Positions 59,210 through 64,000 of a DNA stretch of 64,000 nt are shown piece after piece (positions within the stretch are counted from its first letter, which is position 1; each line of letters opens with the position of its first letter). Source of the stretch: a virus. Taxonomy: Duplodnaviria > Caudoviricetes. A model generated the notes under the pieces. That model saw only the letters and a list, made by a program, of their open reading frames with translations. It did not search any database and was not told the origin of the DNA. Made by a program: the position numbers and the translations under genes. Location: the IMG/VR virus record IMGVR_UViG_3300025018_000142, positions 1-64,000 of that record. One strand, 5' to 3'.

Positions 59210-59608
59210 TTATGAAATTAACCCTGTGATAATAAATACTACACTAAGCTTCAACATTTTTCTACCCTCACCGTCACGGTCAAGATCTAGTATCTGGCCA
59301 GCACAATATGAGAAGTGAACAGTGTAAGAGTCAGTATTATAGTGATGTTTCTGATGTAGGTAGTCGTAAATGGCTCTCAAATAGTCGCTCGCCACCTTCG
59401 CATTTTTGAACACTGCCCAGAAATCTAGAGTGTGGTACTCAACTGCAGTGTATCTATCCGGCTCCGGGGATGCTCCCTCAACTACGAATACGCCATCAAT
59501 GCCACGAACCAGCTCGCCAACCTTTACGTTCGAATCACCCGGGCCGAATGTCAAACCGGGGATATTTGGTGCTAGTAACGTGCAAAGGGCAAATGCAAAT
59601 GATTCCAT
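59210..59608 (-). CDS. tail terminator / minor capsid protein
   Basis: Position; LDLDRDGEGR motif. Confidence 0.7.
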   Translation of the reverse strand: MESFAFALCTLLAPNIPGLTFGPGDSNVKVGELVRGIDGVFVVEGASPEPDRYTAVEYHTLDFWAVFKNAKVASDYLRAIYDYLHQKHHYNTDSYTVHFSYCAGQILDLDRDGEGRKMLKLSVVFIITGLIS

Positions 59609-59614
59609 GTTTTA

Positions 59615-59989
59615 TTATACTGATTTTCTAAATTTCTGCACAGCTTGTTTTAGATATTCGAGTGCATTCTTCTCTAGGTAATCGCCAGCCTTGCGTAAGA
59701 AACCCTTACCAGTATTCGGCGTTGAGTACTTTTTCACAATATGCGTGCCGTCTTTTCGCTTCCCGGCCTCCTGATAAGCAGCATAAGGAGTTTCAACTTT
59801 GATACGATGTTTCATTATATCGAGCCGTTCGTGCGTTGTATTATCCGAAAGTTTGCCGGTTTCACCAATAGGCACGGTTTGTTTCACTTTCAGAACGCCA
59901 TCGTCTGCCATAGTTGATAATGCTGAGTCCATGACACCTTTGTTTTTTCTAACAAACTCTTCGGATCTGTCCGTAAAGATGAGGCTCAT
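59615..59989 (-). CDS. HK97 gp10-like tail completion protein
   Basis: VPIGETGKL, TPYAAYQEAG, GKGFLRKA. Confidence 0.75.
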   Translation of the reverse strand: MSLIFTDRSEEFVRKNKGVMDSALSTMADDGVLKVKQTVPIGETGKLSDNTTHERLDIMKHRIKVETPYAAYQEAGKRKDGTHIVKKYSTPNTGKGFLRKAGDYLEKNALEYLKQAVQKFRKSV

Positions 59990-60312
59990 GATATATTCAC
60001 ATCGGTTACCTTTAGATCGGCTTTCACAAACTGTACCTCTGTTTCACCTAATCTTCGTGCGAAAGTAATTCGTTCGACTTGATAGTAAGTACCCTCGAAA
60101 TTGATAATCGAACCTTTTACGACACTGGTTGTTGGAGCAAGGTGCAGTAACGCATCAGAATCCAGTATCTCTTGCTGTGGCGCTCTTCGAAGAGTTGTTA
60201 TTTCCCTAAATCTACAAGCCTCAGCAACACGGGACACCTCAGTATAGTCGCTATATTCGTTGCGACCCATCGTTATAACGTAACACGCTTGTACTAAGTA
60301 TTCTTCGAGCAT
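59986..60312 (-). CDS. head closure protein
   Basis: Position after connector; beta-rich. Confidence 0.65.
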   Translation of the reverse strand: MLEEYLVQACYVITMGRNEYSDYTEVSRVAEACRFREITTLRRAPQQEILDSDALLHLAPTTSVVKGSIINFEGTYYQVERITFARRLGETEVQFVKADLKVTDVNIS

Positions 60313-60902
60313 TATATTAATATGTCATCCTTTATGTAACCGGCCAATATGGCATCAATTATATCTTTTTTAGTTGATAGTTCACCCGATGCCAATGAAA
60401 CCGCAAAGGCCCTACTGTAGCCCTCGATTCCTTCGGACATTAACTTACCATTCATACCCTCTACCACCATGCCAGAGACTAGGGTAGTCGCAACGAACTT
60501 AATGTCATCTGGAAGTGCACCCAGAGAAAACTTAGCTGTAACAGCAATACGAGCAAGGCCTGCTGGAAAACAACCCGATCGGCTTTCTAGCCATGTTTTA
60601 ATGTCATCATTTTGTGGGAGTGCTTCGTATTGCTCGTGAAGAATATATGTGTCGACTTCAGTTAAAGAACTATCAAGCAATTTCACACTAGAGATATCGG
60701 TACAAGGGTCAATATCAATAATCTTACTTCCCCCCGGATAATACATCGTGGAAAGTGACGGAGTTGTATCGAATGAACTGCCAGTATAACTGTCAATGTA
60801 GGCCTTTACTGCTGCAAGCCAGCTTGGAAGCATGACGAGTTCGTTTGCGGTTAATACCCTTTTTATCTGAGCCTCGATGTCCGCCTGAGTTGTGTAATCC
60901 AT
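60312..60902 (-). CDS. head-tail connector (gp6-like)
   Basis: YTTQADIE, YIDSYTG, LPDDIKFVA, SEGIEGYSR. Confidence 0.78.
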   Translation of the reverse strand: MDYTTQADIEAQIKRVLTANELVMLPSWLAAVKAYIDSYTGSSFDTTPSLSTMYYPGGSKIIDIDPCTDISSVKLLDSSLTEVDTYILHEQYEALPQNDDIKTWLESRSGCFPAGLARIAVTAKFSLGALPDDIKFVATTLVSGMVVEGMNGKLMSEGIEGYSRAFAVSLASGELSTKKDIIDAILAGYIKDDILI

Positions 60903-61052
60903 TTTTCTTTTTACCTTTAGTTAATTCAGGCTCGAGAATAGCAGAATGATAAATGTCGCTCTTCTTAAGCATTCTCTATTATGCCACATAAGTAGAAAAA
61001 GGGCAGAGCTAATTAAAGCCCCACCCCAGTTCTATCCTTAATCGCCGATTAC

Positions 61053-62354
61053 TCAGCTTACCGTCCCAGTACCGACAACAACAAATTCCTCTGGGAACTT
61101 GTGCATCACAACCATTCTTACGGTTGCTCGGAGTGCAGTCATATCCTGTTTGAAGAGGTTTATGCTTACACCGTCTGCGTCAGTAACTGTTGCGTGTCGT
61201 GATTCCAAGAACTCGATCCCTCGCTTTCTGTAGAGACGAACTCGCTTCAAATCACCGAATACTGCGTAACCTTCGTTAGCATCTCCAATGTCAGTGATTG
61301 CTGGCATTGCATCAACTAATACGATACGAGTACCCCATGGTGTTTGCATACCCATCGACGGGAGCCAGAGATAGTGACCATCAGTTCCTTTGCACTTTCT
61401 GATAACGTTCCAGAATGATTTATGCATGTACCAACTACCAAGCTGCATTGTTCTGGTTGACACCATCACTTCTGCATCAAGTAGGTTATCCCAAATAGCA
61501 TCTGTTGGGTTTGCACCGATCGTTACTGCTTTAGTTCCGGCAATATGCAAAATACCTTCTTTGTTAGCGGTTCGGTCAGTGAAGACCATTATGTCTGCAA
61601 TACGAGCCATTTCTTCTGCAAAGCCATCTTGTACATCCATCCAAAAGTCGAGCGCTGCATCTTCGATAAGAAGGTCAGATGAAATTGCATACCCTGCAAA
61701 TTCACGAAGCTCAACCAATACCTGTTCGATCCCGAGTTTAGAAGCAGCCTTAATTCCACCTTCTGCAACTTCGGCCATGACTACATTACTACCACGCTTA
61801 TTAGACTTGATAGCATTTCTATCTGTTGGTCGGATAGTTGCTTCTGAGAATGCGATACCGTAATTCAAAGCAATCTTCTCAATTGCAACTTCGAATTCAG
61901 GATCCATAATCAAGTAGCCACCATCTGCATCAACCGTTTCGTTGTTATATCCTGCTTTTGCACGTAGCTCTAACGCTTTCGTGTTCCACTCGACTAAGCT
62001 TTTCTTCTCAGCCTTCATGCTGACAAGGTCAATCGCTGCTCGTGTGAAATAGAGGAACTTAGTAACACCAAAGTCTGCGCCTTCATCGGAAGCATCTTTG
62101 ATTTTCTTGTCCAAGACACCTTCAATTTTTTCAAGTTTCTTCATAAACTCTTCGTTCGCTGCTTTTACTGCCTCAACTGATTTCGCAGTGATAGCATCAA
62201 GTGCTTCATCGGTAACTTCAATGTCACCAGACTTCGCTTTCAATGCTTCGAGGTCAGATAATTCTTTTGCGTCTTTAACGCTTAATTCGAGACCTGCAAC
62301 TTTAGCACTTTGTAATGCTTTTAGTCTCGCCAACTGTTCTGCTGTGAGTTTCAT
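61053..62354 (-). CDS. major capsid protein, HK97 family
   Basis: Delta-domain coiled coil, DGGYLI, VAEG, WYMH, GTDGHYLW, VFGD, FKQDMTALRA. Confidence 0.93.
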   Translation of the reverse strand: MKLTAEQLARLKALQSAKVAGLELSVKDAKELSDLEALKAKSGDIEVTDEALDAITAKSVEAVKAANEEFMKKLEKIEGVLDKKIKDASDEGADFGVTKFLYFTRAAIDLVSMKAEKKSLVEWNTKALELRAKAGYNNETVDADGGYLIMDPEFEVAIEKIALNYGIAFSEATIRPTDRNAIKSNKRGSNVVMAEVAEGGIKAASKLGIEQVLVELREFAGYAISSDLLIEDAALDFWMDVQDGFAEEMARIADIMVFTDRTANKEGILHIAGTKAVTIGANPTDAIWDNLLDAEVMVSTRTMQLGSWYMHKSFWNVIRKCKGTDGHYLWLPSMGMQTPWGTRIVLVDAMPAITDIGDANEGYAVFGDLKRVRLYRKRGIEFLESRHATVTDADGVSINLFKQDMTALRATVRMVVMHKFPEEFVVVGTGTVS

Positions 62355-62360
62355 TTGTTT

Positions 62361-63125
62361 TTATTGTTTAGAACTTAATATAACCCGCCTTATTGTCGGT
62401 TGTTCATCCTTGGCATCAATGTGCTCTGCAGGTTTCGCTCCCTCCAACATACCTACTAATTCTTTAAGATTTACTAGGTACTTATTTCTATCATTCTCTG
62501 ATAGTCGACTGACCTTGTCAAGAGCAGCTGCTTTACTAAGCGCGTCTGAATACTGCTTTTTGAACTCAGATCGTGATATTCCAATGCTTTCAAAGTCTGA
62601 TTTCTTAAATGCTGACTTGGCCATAACGAGTGCATCAGGATTCGCTCCAACAGGTACTACTGAGAGTTCAACCATTTCGAGCTGCTTAATTACTGTAAAG
62701 TCATCGTTCCACTCTCGAACAATACCGCCGATTGAAACTGCGTTAATATACCCACCGAGCACCATCTGGTATACGGTATTTGCGAACTCGTAGATGTCGT
62801 AAGCAAAGTGGATTCTAGCCATAAGGTTTCCTGCGTCTTTCCATAGTTTCGTTATCTTTCCTATTGAAAGGTCTGAGTATTCGTGCGCCCATAATACGGT
62901 TGGATTGCGCTTTATTTGCGATGTATCAATTCCGTTAACGACAATCTTCTCACCGTGACGATCTAGAGTTGCATTGCTGACAACTACATCAATCTCACCT
63001 TCGCCCAAATCTGCACTTGGCGCTGCTTTTGATTTCGATTCTAATCCCTTTGTAACAGCGACAACCTCAATACCTGCAGTCAGGTCGACTCTCTCATTAA
63101 CTTTCTTTTTCATTTTGAACGGCAT
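62361..63125 (-). CDS. prohead protease, HK97 family
   Basis: DRHGEKI, VLWAHE, AVSIGG, ELSVVPVGANPDA. Confidence 0.92.
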   Translation of the reverse strand: MPFKMKKKVNERVDLTAGIEVVAVTKGLESKSKAAPSADLGEGEIDVVVSNATLDRHGEKIVVNGIDTSQIKRNPTVLWAHEYSDLSIGKITKLWKDAGNLMARIHFAYDIYEFANTVYQMVLGGYINAVSIGGIVREWNDDFTVIKQLEMVELSVVPVGANPDALVMAKSAFKKSDFESIGISRSEFKKQYSDALSKAAALDKVSRLSENDRNKYLVNLKELVGMLEGAKPAEHIDAKDEQPTIRRVILSSKQ

Positions 63126-63282
63126 CTTTTTCGTAATTAATTAAGCTTGCTCCCATCAATCCTTCGCTAGTAACGAAGTTGATTGTCACAAGTCGTTTAC
63201 AACCGTGGCACATCACCTCAATATTAGCAATTTTTGCTTTGAATAACAATTTTTTACAGTTCGGGCAATAGACGTTTTTCAT
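63097..63282 (-). CDS. com: Mu Com-like zinc-ribbon protein
   Basis: YCPNCKKLLFK...IEVMCHGCKRLVTI. Confidence 0.75.
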   Translation of the reverse strand: MKNVYCPNCKKLLFKAKIANIEVMCHGCKRLVTINFVTSEGLMGASLINYEKDAVQNEKES

Positions 63283-63980
63283 TTGATTGGTACCAACCTA
63301 CATTTACAATGAGGATGTAAGTCCGCATAACTTACATCAGCATAATCGTTATTATATTCACCACCATCTTTGCCGGCAACGCTTCCACCTTCAGGAACAA
63401 ACGGAGTTCCAATATCTACTTCTTGGCCAGCCATCGCCTCGCAGAATTCACAAGCATCTGGGTTTGGTTCCCAAGCGAGTCGAGTATAACCTTGGTCTTT
63501 ATAAACCTCTGCATTAGCAAAATTGACTGTTTTGTGAACCTCTGTATCAGCAATTCGTGTAGCTCTAAATCCCTTCGCCTCAGAATAGACGTCACCTACT
63601 CGTTGCGTTATTTGCTCGATCGGTTCACCTTTTTCTAGACCCTGAGAAATTTGCTGTTGTAAGAGTCGAGTAGTATCAGCGTTAAAAGACTTCATTAAAC
63701 GTTCTGTGGAGTTGAATATCCCATTACGCTGTGCTTGCTGTAGTATGAATTCTGCTGATGGTTTGCCTAGTGCTTCAAGAGCTGTTTCACCCGATTTCAC
63801 GAACGCACTGAGTAGCCATGCGACAAGATTTAGCGATACCTCTTCATCACTAAACTCCAATTCGAAATGAACGCCATCGTATTTTACTCCCTTTTCAATG
63901 CTCTTAGACGTATAGCGCTCTACCAAAGCAATGACTTCTTTCTTCTGTTCGTCAAGTAAACTTCGAAGTCCCCTGCGCAT
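63279..63980 (-). CDS. minor head protein, Mu gpF/SPP1 gp7-like (5' truncated by the window edge)
   Basis: RATRIADTE, CEFC, HPHCKC. Confidence 0.85.
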   Translation of the reverse strand: MRRGLRSLLDEQKKEVIALVERYTSKSIEKGVKYDGVHFELEFSDEEVSLNLVAWLLSAFVKSGETALEALGKPSAEFILQQAQRNGIFNSTERLMKSFNADTTRLLQQQISQGLEKGEPIEQITQRVGDVYSEAKGFRATRIADTEVHKTVNFANAEVYKDQGYTRLAWEPNPDACEFCEAMAGQEVDIGTPFVPEGGSVAGKDGGEYNNDYADVSYADLHPHCKCRLVPIK

Positions 63981-64000
63981 GAGGTTCGAGCTGTTGGCCT

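Larger units (their letters stand above)
44019..64000. mobile_element. Phage B: partial siphovirus-like genome
   Basis: HK97 protease/MCP, connector, tail tube, chaperone, tape measure, lysis and recombination genes, nearly all minus strand. Confidence 0.88.

Overview
The window looks like two unrelated phage sequences placed end to end. (A) 1-44018 is a complete, circularly assembled 43,891-bp podovirus-like genome. Bases 1-127 repeat exactly at 43892-44018, the usual k=127 assembly overlap, and a promoter at the start drives an ORF that is completed only across the junction. It has a minus-strand early arm (about 38.8-43.9 kb continuing into 0.1-8.7 kb): Bet-like annealase, PD-(D/E)XK nuclease, replication initiator, many small genes and a Macro/pentapeptide-repeat fusion. 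Its plus-strand late arm carries TerL, portal, scaffold, capsid, a Thr-rich collagen fibre, a methyltransferase + GT4 glycosyltransferase pair, an M23 lysin, tail adaptor/nozzle, a LysM protein and ejection proteins. (B) 44019-64000 is a partial siphovirus-like genome, almost all minus strand: HK97 head module, tail module with a -1 frameshifted chaperone, two paralogous fibre proteins, a dead IS200-type element, replication initiator, amidase/holin and a YqaJ + annealase module. Most interesting: many late genes have a sigma70 -10 box 5-8 nt before the ATG (leaderless mRNA) whereas early genes carry Shine-Dalgarno sites; a Macro + DNA-mimic fusion; a candidate virion glycosylation/methylation cassette; four hairpin-dense non-coding islands; and an interleaved (pseudoknot/switch) leader ahead of the phage B replication gene. 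All protein assignments come from motif recognition by eye, with no database search.
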